64,000 bases of DNA from a virus (taxonomy: Duplodnaviria > Caudoviricetes): positions 32,001-96,000 of the IMG/VR virus record IMGVR_UViG_2595698524_000001; one strand, given 5' to 3'. Shown one piece after another: positions 19,277-28,579 of this stretch (position 1 is the first letter of the stretch; every line of letters begins with the position of its first letter). Under the pieces are notes generated by a model. That model saw only the letters and a program-made list of their open reading frames with translations, did no database searches and was not told the origin of the DNA. Position numbers and translations under genes: made by a program.

Positions 19277-20197
19277 ATGAACATTTCGAATGTATTAAGC
19301 ACCATGCTGCCGAGCTTTGAAAGCTCCCAGCTGAAAGACAGCGTCCGTGACAACACGGCGGCTATCACCAACGAACTGCTGCCGCAGTACCAAACACTGC
19401 GTGAAGTCGTCGGTGTTGATTTCAAATCCGCAGATGTGAAGAAGATGTCGAAAGATATCACCGGCTATCTGCGCGATACTAAACTCGAACTGAAGGGTGT
19501 GCATAACGCCACGATGGTCGACTACATTATCGAAGTCATGAAAAACATCGGCACGCTGCAGGGCTTCCTGATTGAGCGTATCGATGCGGACATCGGTAAA
19601 AAGGTGATGACGGCCCAGCTGTCATTTAACAAACAAACCCTGCTGCACCTGATTGACCTGATTGAGTTCTATGGTCAGTACACTGCGACGTTGATTAACT
19701 GGCTGACGCACGAAGAGCTGCAAGCCGTTGACACCAACATCAAAACGCAGGGTGTGGCACCGACTGACCTGAAATACCTGCAGATGCGTATGGCGACCTT
19801 TGGTGTGGCCACCCGTATTCTGGGTACGCCGGTCAACAAACTCAAAGCGGACTACGGTGAGATCCCGGATGCGATGTTCACGGAAGAAACCTTCTATGAA
19901 CTGACCCGCGCTTTCGGTCAGGAAAAGACTGACCCGATGGGGATGTCCTCCGTTCCGTTCCCGCTGTCTGTTATCTTCCGCATTCGCCTGAACATGGCTG
20001 AGCGTCAGATGGACCACCTCGATGAGCTGACCACTGCTGCAAAAGCCACCGAGCTGCGTCTGATGCTTTACCGTCGCCAGCTGGCCGAAGGTACGGGTGA
20101 TGCGTACACCGAAGACCTCATCGAAGCACAAGAGAAACGTCTGAACGATCTCAAGTACAAACGTGAGCGTCTGGAGAAGAAGTATGGATTACAATAA
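19277..20197 (+). CDS. Head/inner-body protein (phiKZ gp90/SPN3US gp51 position)
   Basis: 306 aa, coiled-coil C-terminus, synteny. Confidence 0.65.
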   Translation: MNISNVLSTMLPSFESSQLKDSVRDNTAAITNELLPQYQTLREVVGVDFKSADVKKMSKDITGYLRDTKLELKGVHNATMVDYIIEVMKNIGTLQGFLIERIDADIGKKVMTAQLSFNKQTLLHLIDLIEFYGQYTATLINWLTHEELQAVDTNIKTQGVAPTDLKYLQMRMATFGVATRILGTPVNKLKADYGEIPDAMFTEETFYELTRAFGQEKTDPMGMSSVPFPLSVIFRIRLNMAERQMDHLDELTTAAKATELRLMLYRRQLAEGTGDAYTEDLIEAQEKRLNDLKYKRERLEKKYGLQ

Positions 20198-20741
20198 CCC
20201 AGATTACAGTGCTGCCGTACGAGTCATTGACGATTATATGGAGAAGCTGCAAAAGAACCCGATTATGGTCCATGACGACACCGTTATCCATGGGGTTCTC
20301 GCGGCTGCTGCTGTCATTCTCCCGCGGTTTAAACTGATGTGTGTTGAATCCGTTCAACGCGTATTATATGACGACTTCAAACAGTTGGGATATACGTTCA
20401 ATGCGTTTTATAATGAAACGATTGCGTTTGTCTTAGACGGGAAGCGTCGCCAATCGGGAACAGGCAGCTACGCGTCGATAATTCAGGCGTACCTGAACGA
20501 CATTACCAGCACCGTGCATGCCGACGATTTCGGTAGCCTGGGTGCGGCGATTTTGAACTCGACGTTTGGACGCTCAGGAACGGTACGTTCAATGGGTCCG
20601 GTGAATTACTCCATCAAGCCGGACATGCGCGCATTATCTTATGCAGACCACGAATTACTGGCACAATGGATTACGCGTGTAAACGGTCTTTCCGACATGG
20701 TTACATCGTTATCTGTTTTCTTGAAGATCGCACGTCCCTAA
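20184..20741 (+). CDS. Virion protein (SPN3US gp52 position)
   Basis: ATG 20184 overlapping the upstream gene end. Confidence 0.6.
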   Translation: MDYNNPDYSAAVRVIDDYMEKLQKNPIMVHDDTVIHGVLAAAAVILPRFKLMCVESVQRVLYDDFKQLGYTFNAFYNETIAFVLDGKRRQSGTGSYASIIQAYLNDITSTVHADDFGSLGAAILNSTFGRSGTVRSMGPVNYSIKPDMRALSYADHELLAQWITRVNGLSDMVTSLSVFLKIARP

Positions 20742-20801
20742 GGGGGCCCCTTTCTAGGGGCGTGTAGTTTACATGGTTAACCAAAAACAGGAACCACAAA
20801 T

Positions 20802-22097
20802 ATGAACTTTATGCAAAAACGGGCAGCTCGTGAGTCTATCGAAGACGGCGCTACCGACGCAGGTATCAGCAACATCTCTACCGGCGAAGACAACCTGGAC
20901 GTCCAACTGACCGAAGTTGCTCCGCTGGATCAACAGATGGATCAGCTGGCGGGCGATGCTGAAGTCCTGGCTGCCGACACCGAGCGTACCGAAGCTGCGA
21001 TCGACAACGCTGATGAAGCGCTGGCCGCTGGCGAAGAACTGCCAGAAGAAGAACTGGCACCGGCAATCGTTGCTGGTGAGAGCATCCGTCGCCGCTGGCG
21101 TCTGGAGACCCCGCAGGTTGCTCGTGAAAGCTTCCGCCGTGGTCGTGGCCTGACTCGTTCTGCCTGCGAAGGCTGGAAAGAGAACCTGAAAAAACTGTGG
21201 CAGGCGTTCATCGAAATGGTGCGCACTGTTATCCGTAAAGCGAAAGAGCTGAAGCTGAAATATTTCAACGTCGGCAAATCTGCGGTCAAGCGTGCGAAAG
21301 CGTACGAAGAGCGCATGAAAAAGCTGGGCACCAAGAAAGAGAAAGACGAAATCTCTGGTAGCTTCGTAGACAAACTGTCTATCGAAGGCAAATTCGATCC
21401 GGAAGCGTCTGCCTCTATCGCGAAAGAAGCGACCCAGGGTAAAGCCAAAGGCGCGATCAGCAAACTGGCTGCTCAGGCTGACAAAGCTGCTGCATTCGTT
21501 GTTTCTGCTTCTGAAGGCGGCGAAACTTCCTTCTCCGATCCAGCTGGCGGTAAAGTTGAGCTGTTCGGTACTGCCGGTTCTAAACTGCGCGTGCTGCCTC
21601 AGTTCGATGACGCTACTGGCGTCGATGCGATGCAGACCATCATGGCTCTGCCGGGTAACGCCTATATCCAGTGCGCTACCAAAAAGCTCAGCACCAAAGA
21701 CGGTGAATCTACTCTGACCGTTGTTGCGTTCACCACTACTGGTGATGCGAACGATGAGAAGAACGTCCCGACTCCGGACGCGGGCAAACTGCGTGCCGCT
21801 ATCTCCAGCCTGAAAGCTGTCGGCGAAGGCTTCGAAAAAGTCCTGAAAGACTTCGATGCGTATGACCGTGAGCTGGACAAACTGGAAAAAGCTGCTGATA
21901 AAGCATCCAAAGCGTTCGATAAAGCGACCGACGAAGGTGACCGCACTCTGCTGTCTAACTCTCGTACCATCGCTGATCAGGCGGTTCGTAACTATCAGGC
22001 TCTGAACCGTGGCGTACAGCACGTTGGTCGTACTGTTATCGCTGGTCTGTCCGGTTACATCGGTGCCGGCATCGGCGCGTACGGCAACAGCAAGTAA
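20802..22097 (+). CDS. Abundant internal head protein, phiKZ gp93-like paralog (SPN3US gp53-like)
   Basis: Acidic propeptide with ARES/AGES/ARES; extreme codon bias; paralog of next gene. Confidence 0.8.
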   Translation: MNFMQKRAARESIEDGATDAGISNISTGEDNLDVQLTEVAPLDQQMDQLAGDAEVLAADTERTEAAIDNADEALAAGEELPEEELAPAIVAGESIRRRWRLETPQVARESFRRGRGLTRSACEGWKENLKKLWQAFIEMVRTVIRKAKELKLKYFNVGKSAVKRAKAYEERMKKLGTKKEKDEISGSFVDKLSIEGKFDPEASASIAKEATQGKAKGAISKLAAQADKAAAFVVSASEGGETSFSDPAGGKVELFGTAGSKLRVLPQFDDATGVDAMQTIMALPGNAYIQCATKKLSTKDGESTLTVVAFTTTGDANDEKNVPTPDAGKLRAAISSLKAVGEGFEKVLKDFDAYDRELDKLEKAADKASKAFDKATDEGDRTLLSNSRTIADQAVRNYQALNRGVQHVGRTVIAGLSGYIGAGIGAYGNSK

Positions 22098-22168
22098 TTG
22101 CTGAGCTGGTAAGATAACCGTCCAACTTCTTTAACGAGGGGCCAGGTGGCCCCTTAGAGGAATCGATA

Positions 22169-23443
22169 ATGAACTTTATGCAACAACGTGCTGCGCGCGA
22201 ATCTATCGCCGACGACATCATCCTGGTTGACGCAGTAGACCTGCCGCAGGATTCTGTTGAAGGTATTCTGTCTGACGTACAGTCTGACACCAAGCAGATC
22301 GACAGCCTCGACGCTGACGGTCAGCTGATGGCTGAAGATGGCGACGAAACCGAAGCAACTCTGGGCGTGCTGGACGAAGCTCAGGCGGCTGCTGACGGCG
22401 AAACGCCGGAAGACGGTTCTGACCCGATGGAAGTTGAAGACGACATGAGCGAAGATGCTGCGGAAGCGGTTGAAGTGGCTCAGGAGTCTATCCGTCGTCG
22501 CTGGTTCCCGCACAAAGCTTCTGTAGCGCAGGAAAGCTTCGGTGCTCGTCACCGTCGTACTGCGGTTCGTGAAAGCCTGTGGGATACCATCAAACAGTTC
22601 CTGCGTAACGCAGTTGAGTGGATCAAAGCACAGTTCCGCAAACTGAAAGACCGCTGGCTGAAATTCAGCAACAAAGGTAAATCCATCCAGAAAAAATCTA
22701 AAGCTTTCGACGCGGCTATCCGTAAACTGGGTACCAAGAAAAAAGACGAGATCTCTGGTGGCTTTATCAAACAGCTGTCTGTCGGTAAATCCTTCAAAGG
22801 TAACGACACTGCGTTCCTGAACGAGCAGCTTTCTGGCGTGATCGGCTTCCAGTCCTTCCAGGCTGGTGTGCTGGACGGCATCTCCGGTATCGTTGAGAAA
22901 GCGGCTGCAGGTACTGTAACGGCTGAGCAGGTTCGTTCTGCTATGGCAGAGCAGAGCAAAGACGCTGAGAAAGAAGTCGGCGGCAACGGTGAAGAAAGCA
23001 TCATCGGCGGCAAGTTCATCAAAGTTGAAGCATCTGAGTCTGATGCAGAGATGGCTACCATCTCCCTGATCGACGACGAAGCTGAAGCTGAATCCGAAGT
23101 TCCGACTCCGGCTATTCCGCAGATGAACAACGTCAACACCTTCTTCAACAAGCTGGGCATCGAGATCGAGAAACGCGTTAAAGCGTATCACTCTAACGAA
23201 CAGAAAGCTGAAAAATACCGTAGCGGTATTGAAAAGGTTCTGCGTAAAGTTGACAACATCAAAGTCGGCGAAGACAAAGAGCTGGAAGAAGCTGTACGTC
23301 AGCTGCGCGTAGCGGTTAACGGCGCGAACTCCTTCGTGTCCTTCACTGAGCGTGTTGCTGCACACGTGCTGGTCTCTCTGACCGCGGGTGTGAACGGCTA
23401 CCTGGCTGCAGGTATCGCTGCGTACGACAAATCCAAAAGCTAA
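22169..23443 (+). CDS. Abundant internal head protein, paralog (SPN3US gp54-like)
   Basis: Shares MNFMQxRAARESI, AxESIRRRW and KLGTKKxDEISG with the previous gene. Confidence 0.8.
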   Translation: MNFMQQRAARESIADDIILVDAVDLPQDSVEGILSDVQSDTKQIDSLDADGQLMAEDGDETEATLGVLDEAQAAADGETPEDGSDPMEVEDDMSEDAAEAVEVAQESIRRRWFPHKASVAQESFGARHRRTAVRESLWDTIKQFLRNAVEWIKAQFRKLKDRWLKFSNKGKSIQKKSKAFDAAIRKLGTKKKDEISGGFIKQLSVGKSFKGNDTAFLNEQLSGVIGFQSFQAGVLDGISGIVEKAAAGTVTAEQVRSAMAEQSKDAEKEVGGNGEESIIGGKFIKVEASESDAEMATISLIDDEAEAESEVPTPAIPQMNNVNTFFNKLGIEIEKRVKAYHSNEQKAEKYRSGIEKVLRKVDNIKVGEDKELEEAVRQLRVAVNGANSFVSFTERVAAHVLVSLTAGVNGYLAAGIAAYDKSKS

Positions 23444-23466
23444 TCATTGATTAGTCGATGGTGAGT

Positions 23467-23498
23467 AATGGGGCCTTCGGGCCCCATTTCTTTTTTTT
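23467..23498 (+). terminator. Intrinsic terminator
   Basis: AATGGGGCC-TTCG-GGCCCCATT plus T-run. Confidence 0.88.
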
Positions 23499-23509
23499 AA
23501 TTTTTTACG

Positions 23510-23530
23510 GATATATGTAATCGTAGTGAT
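23510..23530 (+). promoter_or_regulatory. Putative early promoter
   Basis: GATATATGTAATCGTAGTGAT matches the 21-nt motif. Confidence 0.55.
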
Positions 23531-23547
23531 AACCACGAGGAGAAATC

Positions 23548-24021
23548 ATGAAAGAATTACACATTTTGAATCTGTCCGGCGTCAAAGAAGCCGAGCACGA
23601 TAAAGATTATCTGTTCCTTACCTTCCACGGCGAGAGCGGGAACTACTTGGTTCACAAGGTAGTGGCTGAAGGTATTGTGACGTGGATGCTCGCGAACGAA
23701 GACCAAGGCGGTTACTATCCGCTCGTGTTTGGCGACTTTAAACTCAACGCAGGCCGCCCGTACAAACACCACCACAAAACGCACAAAGAACGTCTGCGTA
23801 ACAAACGTTATTACTTCCGCGAATGGTTTGCTTGTGAAGCGGAAGTAAATCGCACGAAAACGGAACATCCGGGTATTGCGATTTCCATACCGGGTGGTAA
23901 TGTCCGTGTTCGCCGTAATAGTACCCCTGGCTGGGATAAAGGCCCACACGACTGGCATTTAGAGTGGCGCATCTTCATGCCCGTTGCTAACTTCACCATT
24001 AAACCAACTACTGACTTCTAA
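23548..24021 (+). CDS. Hypothetical early protein, paralog A
   Basis: GAGGAG SD; aligns with 24047 ORF. Confidence 0.75.
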   Translation: MKELHILNLSGVKEAEHDKDYLFLTFHGESGNYLVHKVVAEGIVTWMLANEDQGGYYPLVFGDFKLNAGRPYKHHHKTHKERLRNKRYYFREWFACEAEVNRTKTEHPGIAISIPGGNVRVRRNSTPGWDKGPHDWHLEWRIFMPVANFTIKPTTDF

Positions 24022-24046
24022 TTCTATTTATACTGAGGAATCAATC

Positions 24047-24574
24047 ATGACCGTTCGTCAATCTAAAGGCCGTAAAGAAAAACTGTCCCTGCACGTTCTG
24101 GATATCGCCAACGTGTATACCGATGCCAATGGCCAAATCGTACTGGAGTTCGAAGGGAAAAACGCCCGTGAAGTGCGCCTTATCAAAGAAACCGCTTACG
24201 GCATTCTGGCGTGGCTGTCTGGCTGGACTGAAGACAACCAGCAGGTTAATCTGGAATTCAACGATGTGATTCTGGATGCCTCTCGTCCGAAAAGCAAACG
24301 CACCGAAAAGCACTATGACCGTCTGCGCGAAGTAATGGCGCTGATTAACACCGCTACCCGTATCAATATCGACAGCGGTAGCTTTGCCTGCTACTTCACC
24401 GTGGGTGATGTTGACCCCGAACTGGAGCCGCATGTGGTCCACCGTCTGTTGGTCGACGATGCTGACATTCGCGTTGACTTCACGGAAGAAGTGGCCAACA
24501 TCTACGTTTATAAGCCGGTGCGTCAGGCGTTCCTGTCGCAGTACACTCGTACTCCTGTAGAGGAAACAGAATAA
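24047..24574 (+). CDS. Hypothetical early protein, paralog B
   Basis: GAGG SD before ATG 24047. Confidence 0.75.
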   Translation: MTVRQSKGRKEKLSLHVLDIANVYTDANGQIVLEFEGKNAREVRLIKETAYGILAWLSGWTEDNQQVNLEFNDVILDASRPKSKRTEKHYDRLREVMALINTATRINIDSGSFACYFTVGDVDPELEPHVVHRLLVDDADIRVDFTEEVANIYVYKPVRQAFLSQYTRTPVEETE

Positions 24575-25131
24575 TGTTGACCGAACAACAAAAAGACAGT
24601 CTGCGTAAAGCAGGTAATCGTCTGCACAATCTGATGGACTACCATGTCGAACATCGTCCTGCGATGCAGTTGCAGCAATATTTCTTCTTAAAAGACTCCC
24701 GGCCATTTATCTACGTTCACTCGCGTGTCCATTTGGCGATTTTAACGTGGTACGCGATGTTGCGTAAAGGCGACGAGAGCGGGTTCCGCGATGGGCCGTT
24801 GCAACTTGATACGCACGACATGGTTCTATTCGAGGAGCTCACCGGCAACCATAAAACCTTCTTTGAAGGCATGCTTGCTGGTACCATTTTACTGGAATTA
24901 GAAAAGGGCGACATGGAGACCGCCTTTATTCTTGGCCGCACACAGGAAAATCCTGGGTTCGATTTGGCAGAAGACGATACGGACCCGTTCTACTTGCCAT
25001 TGCAATTCGAAGGACGTTATGTGGGGGTTGAGGCTATCGGTTTGGGGAATAATGAGGTGGTATACGTCCCATTCATCACCGCGCCTACTGGTGAAACCCA
25101 GATAAATGTGCGCGAAGCCCACAAGCTGTAA
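24574..25131 (+). CDS. Hypothetical protein
   Basis: TAATG coupling, followed by terminator. Confidence 0.75.
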   Translation: MLTEQQKDSLRKAGNRLHNLMDYHVEHRPAMQLQQYFFLKDSRPFIYVHSRVHLAILTWYAMLRKGDESGFRDGPLQLDTHDMVLFEELTGNHKTFFEGMLAGTILLELEKGDMETAFILGRTQENPGFDLAEDDTDPFYLPLQFEGRYVGVEAIGLGNNEVVYVPFITAPTGETQINVREAHKL

Positions 25132-25135
25132 TAAT

Positions 25136-25164
25136 AACCACCCTTCGGGGTGGTTGTTTTTTTT
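25136..25164 (+). terminator. Intrinsic terminator
   Basis: AACCACCC-TTCG-GGGTGGTT plus T-run. Confidence 0.85.
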
Positions 25165-25206
25165 CGTTTCAAATGGTATGAGGCGCTTATCCAGAGGACA
25201 CTCCCC

Positions 25207-26694
25207 ATGCTCCAGTATTTTGAAATACCGTCATTGGACGCTACCATGCGTAAGTCCATGGCTGATGGTATCATATCTCGCGTCCTCTTAGAGTCCGGCA
25301 TCGACCCTAAGAAAGTCATCTACACAGATGACCTCGACAACGCGCAACAACCCGGTGCCACTGTCGGCGACCAGACAGAGATTCTGTACGCATCGCCCGA
25401 TTTGATTGAAGTGGAAATTGTCGAAGAACGAGACGAGATGGAACGTATCGCACGGGGTGTGGGTCTGCATCGTGAGCGCTACTTCTTTGAGAACAAACAT
25501 GACCACGTGAGAGCGTGGGCTACTCGTGTCTTTTATAATGTCACGGTGAACATCAAACGTCGTTCTAAGTCACGTACAGACTTGCATCGTTGGTGTAACC
25601 GTCTGAACTCCCTGATTGACATGGGGCGTTATTCGACCAAGATGGAATCCGAATCGTACTTCCTGATTCCGATGGAAGCACTGCGTTTACTGAACGCCTG
25701 TTACGTCGCGGCCGAAACCCGTGTACCACGTCACGCCAGCTTTAAGGATTACCTCAAAGCGTATTTCAGTGACGAGATTACCGTTACTACCGACGTTGCT
25801 GGCCAGAAGAACCGTTTAGCGGTTCGTCACTCCCCAACCCGTGTGGAAGTGGTGTACGACGTTAACGGGCCGCAGACCGGTAAGGATGAAAACGATTGGA
25901 GCGCAACGTTCAGCTTCAACTACCGTTATCAGCGCCCTGAAGAGGTACTGATTGAACATCCGTACATCTTAAACCAGACCCCGATTGCCAAAGAGTATTT
26001 CCCGCAGCCTGAACCACCCTTCTTATCTAACGAAGAGATGGTTGACCGTGGGATTGTACAGTCTCTGCAAGATGCGCTGGCCTATGAAGGTACTCGCCCC
26101 CCATTACTGCAACTGCCGTATTTGTTGTCGGATGAAGAGCAGTATCTGAAGCTCCATCGTGTCCGCCGTGCCTACGAGATTCCTATCTTTGGCACCGACG
26201 TCGCCTTCGGACCTGAGAACATGTCAAACCCTGACGTGCTCAGTATCGACCAAGTGCCGTACACGTGGGTTGAGCCGATTAAGGAGTACATCCAATATTG
26301 TCGTGACCGCGACCCAACAGGCCAGTGCTGCATCTTCCAGTTCCAGCTGTACAAAAACACGTTCTATATCGAACCGTCGAAATACCGTTGGGATGGTGAG
26401 TGGTTGATTCTCGAAGATGAGATTGATGTCACTGCGCAGTATTACGCTATGGAAGTTCTGCGTACCGACTGGGGTAACTTCCCGAAACAGTGTTTGTCTA
26501 TCATCGACAAATTCCCGGGTGTTATCGACTGGATTATTGATTGGCTGATTCCGGGTCGTGTTAACCCGCGCCCTGTTAAACCGACCGTACCGGATGTCAT
26601 TGACCACATCGACAAAGACCGCCCTGATAACGGTTACTGGCTGACCATCTTCAACACGAGCATTATCGACGCTCGCAAAATGGGAGAACGTTAA
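25207..26694 (+). CDS. Virion structural protein (tail/neck; SPN3US gp61 position)
   Basis: GAGG SD before ATG 25207, late TATG motif at 25177. Confidence 0.6.
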   Translation: MLQYFEIPSLDATMRKSMADGIISRVLLESGIDPKKVIYTDDLDNAQQPGATVGDQTEILYASPDLIEVEIVEERDEMERIARGVGLHRERYFFENKHDHVRAWATRVFYNVTVNIKRRSKSRTDLHRWCNRLNSLIDMGRYSTKMESESYFLIPMEALRLLNACYVAAETRVPRHASFKDYLKAYFSDEITVTTDVAGQKNRLAVRHSPTRVEVVYDVNGPQTGKDENDWSATFSFNYRYQRPEEVLIEHPYILNQTPIAKEYFPQPEPPFLSNEEMVDRGIVQSLQDALAYEGTRPPLLQLPYLLSDEEQYLKLHRVRRAYEIPIFGTDVAFGPENMSNPDVLSIDQVPYTWVEPIKEYIQYCRDRDPTGQCCIFQFQLYKNTFYIEPSKYRWDGEWLILEDEIDVTAQYYAMEVLRTDWGNFPKQCLSIIDKFPGVIDWIIDWLIPGRVNPRPVKPTVPDVIDHIDKDRPDNGYWLTIFNTSIIDARKMGER

Positions 26695-28028
26695 TGCAGT
26701 TCATTCAAGCAGGTGGACGCCAAAAGTCCGAAGTCGTGACGGTCGAACCGCCCCGTCCCGAGATTACCAAAGCCAAAGACGGCGTGGTCGAAAAGACGAA
26801 CATCACCACCGAGCCTTCACGTACGACGGTAGTGGACTTGGAGCGTATCCCCAAGAGACACTTGTTGCAGTATACGTCAGGCTCGCCTTGGCCGGTGGAT
26901 TACTACCACCGACTGTCTGGGATAAATGACCCGAAGGCGTTCTTTGACCCGTCGGTGGACAACGCCACCCAGCAGTTCGAAGAAATCAAAGGGCAGATTC
27001 TTCGTGTTGGTTCTGCGTTAAGCTGGAATCAGGACTCCAAGAGTAAGGAGTTCACAATTACCGGTGAAGCAACGTTGGCCAACAGTATTATCCCGACCGA
27101 AGGTGATATCTTCATTGCTGACATCGGGGATGCACGTCGCGGCATCTTTGCGGTCAACAGCACCCAACGTAACGCCTACAACAAAATCGCCACGTACCAG
27201 ATTACGTACACAATGCTTTACGAGACCACACCGGAAACGGACAGGGCTTTACAGGCAGCGATTAAACGTACGTTCTTCTACGTGGCTGACCGGGCGTGGG
27301 TATCTGAAGACACGCTGTTAACGCAAGACGAGTATAACACGTTCCTGAGCGTGCGTGCTGAGCTGGAGTATCTGGAGAATATGTACGTTCGCATGTTCTA
27401 CGACCAAGAGATTGGTTCACTCCGCCTGCCAGTTACAGCCCGCAAGAACTACGATGTCTTCCTGACGCAGTTTGTGCGTGATATTGGCCTCAACCGTACC
27501 CCGGATGAGTTAACCATTTATCCACACACGCCATATCGTCATGATGACATGTTCACGGTCTGGAAAGCGCTCATCTGGCATAACGCGTCGATGTTACCGC
27601 AATGTCACAAAGACGGGAAGTGGTTCCAAGTCCAGACTTTCCGAACCTATCAGGTGCCGAACACCGTAGGGTGGTCACGCGTCCAATCCACCGTTTTCTT
27701 TGAGGGTCATTTACGACTGAAGAACATCCCGGACAACGTACCGGACTTCGACGCCGTAGAGGACCGTAGAAGCGATTTTACGGGCACTGTGCTTAAAGAC
27801 CTACCCTTGTTCGTTAAACCGTCGTTAACGCCGTATGTGTTCTCTGAGGCGTTTTACGGGGGGTCTTACGCATCGGTACTAGAATATGCAATCCAACTCT
27901 ATCTGAAGAAAGATAAACTGCGTGCGGATATCCCGTTAAAACTGGCAGAAGAATGTAAGCGACTCCCGCTGACTGCCCAGTTCTATTACGCACCGGTGGT
28001 TTATCTCCTGCTTAAATACGTGAGGTAA
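26694..28028 (+). CDS. Virion structural protein (neck/head-tail joining-like)
   Basis: TAATG coupled; PTEGDIFIADIG motif like neck proteins. Confidence 0.6.
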   Translation: MQFIQAGGRQKSEVVTVEPPRPEITKAKDGVVEKTNITTEPSRTTVVDLERIPKRHLLQYTSGSPWPVDYYHRLSGINDPKAFFDPSVDNATQQFEEIKGQILRVGSALSWNQDSKSKEFTITGEATLANSIIPTEGDIFIADIGDARRGIFAVNSTQRNAYNKIATYQITYTMLYETTPETDRALQAAIKRTFFYVADRAWVSEDTLLTQDEYNTFLSVRAELEYLENMYVRMFYDQEIGSLRLPVTARKNYDVFLTQFVRDIGLNRTPDELTIYPHTPYRHDDMFTVWKALIWHNASMLPQCHKDGKWFQVQTFRTYQVPNTVGWSRVQSTVFFEGHLRLKNIPDNVPDFDAVEDRRSDFTGTVLKDLPLFVKPSLTPYVFSEAFYGGSYASVLEYAIQLYLKKDKLRADIPLKLAEECKRLPLTAQFYYAPVVYLLLKYVR

Positions 28029-28579
28029 TGATGAAGAAGTCGCCTGCTTTCTACCTGTTCCATTCGTGGTACGGCTGGCGTGTGCCCGAGTATGCCACGC
28101 TTACCCGCTATGCTCGTGAAGAGCACGGGTTGTTTCTGCCAGAAGATCGCAACAAAGCGAAAGCAATTCTGCTGAACAAAAAGACGGTATTCTTAACCGT
28201 CGCGCAGGCGGCTGAGTACCTCAAGGATGGCGGGTCTTTAGATATCAACGACCCCGATAACGATGCGTTGCCGGTGTATCAGTTAATCATGGAACATCTG
28301 AACAACTGGTACATGTACCTGACACAACCCTCGTTGATTGTGCGTAAGGTGCCTATTGAGGGATTGCGTGAGTTTAATAAACTGGCGGGCGACCTCTTCC
28401 CGGTGGCCAACCGCAAAGGGTATTTCAAAAAGCCGGAAATCACCATGTCCATGCAGCTGGCGTCGTTCTTCGAAGACATTAAGCCGACGGCTCAACAGCA
28501 TCGCTTTAATGACCAGCTGATGTTGATGATTGAAAGCGCTTACCGCAAACGTGGGGGTGGTTATGTTCGCTCGGTTTAA
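28028..28579 (+). CDS. Conserved hypothetical protein
   Basis: Coupled in the structural operon. Confidence 0.7.
   Translation: MMKKSPAFYLFHSWYGWRVPEYATLTRYAREEHGLFLPEDRNKAKAILLNKKTVFLTVAQAAEYLKDGGSLDINDPDNDALPVYQLIMEHLNNWYMYLTQPSLIVRKVPIEGLREFNKLAGDLFPVANRKGYFKKPEITMSMQLASFFEDIKPTAQQHRFNDQLMLMIESAYRKRGGGYVRSV

Noticed and set aside
20769-23365. 417-aa and 403-aa antisense ORFs over the inner-head genes
   Set aside because: Same codon-bias shadow effect.
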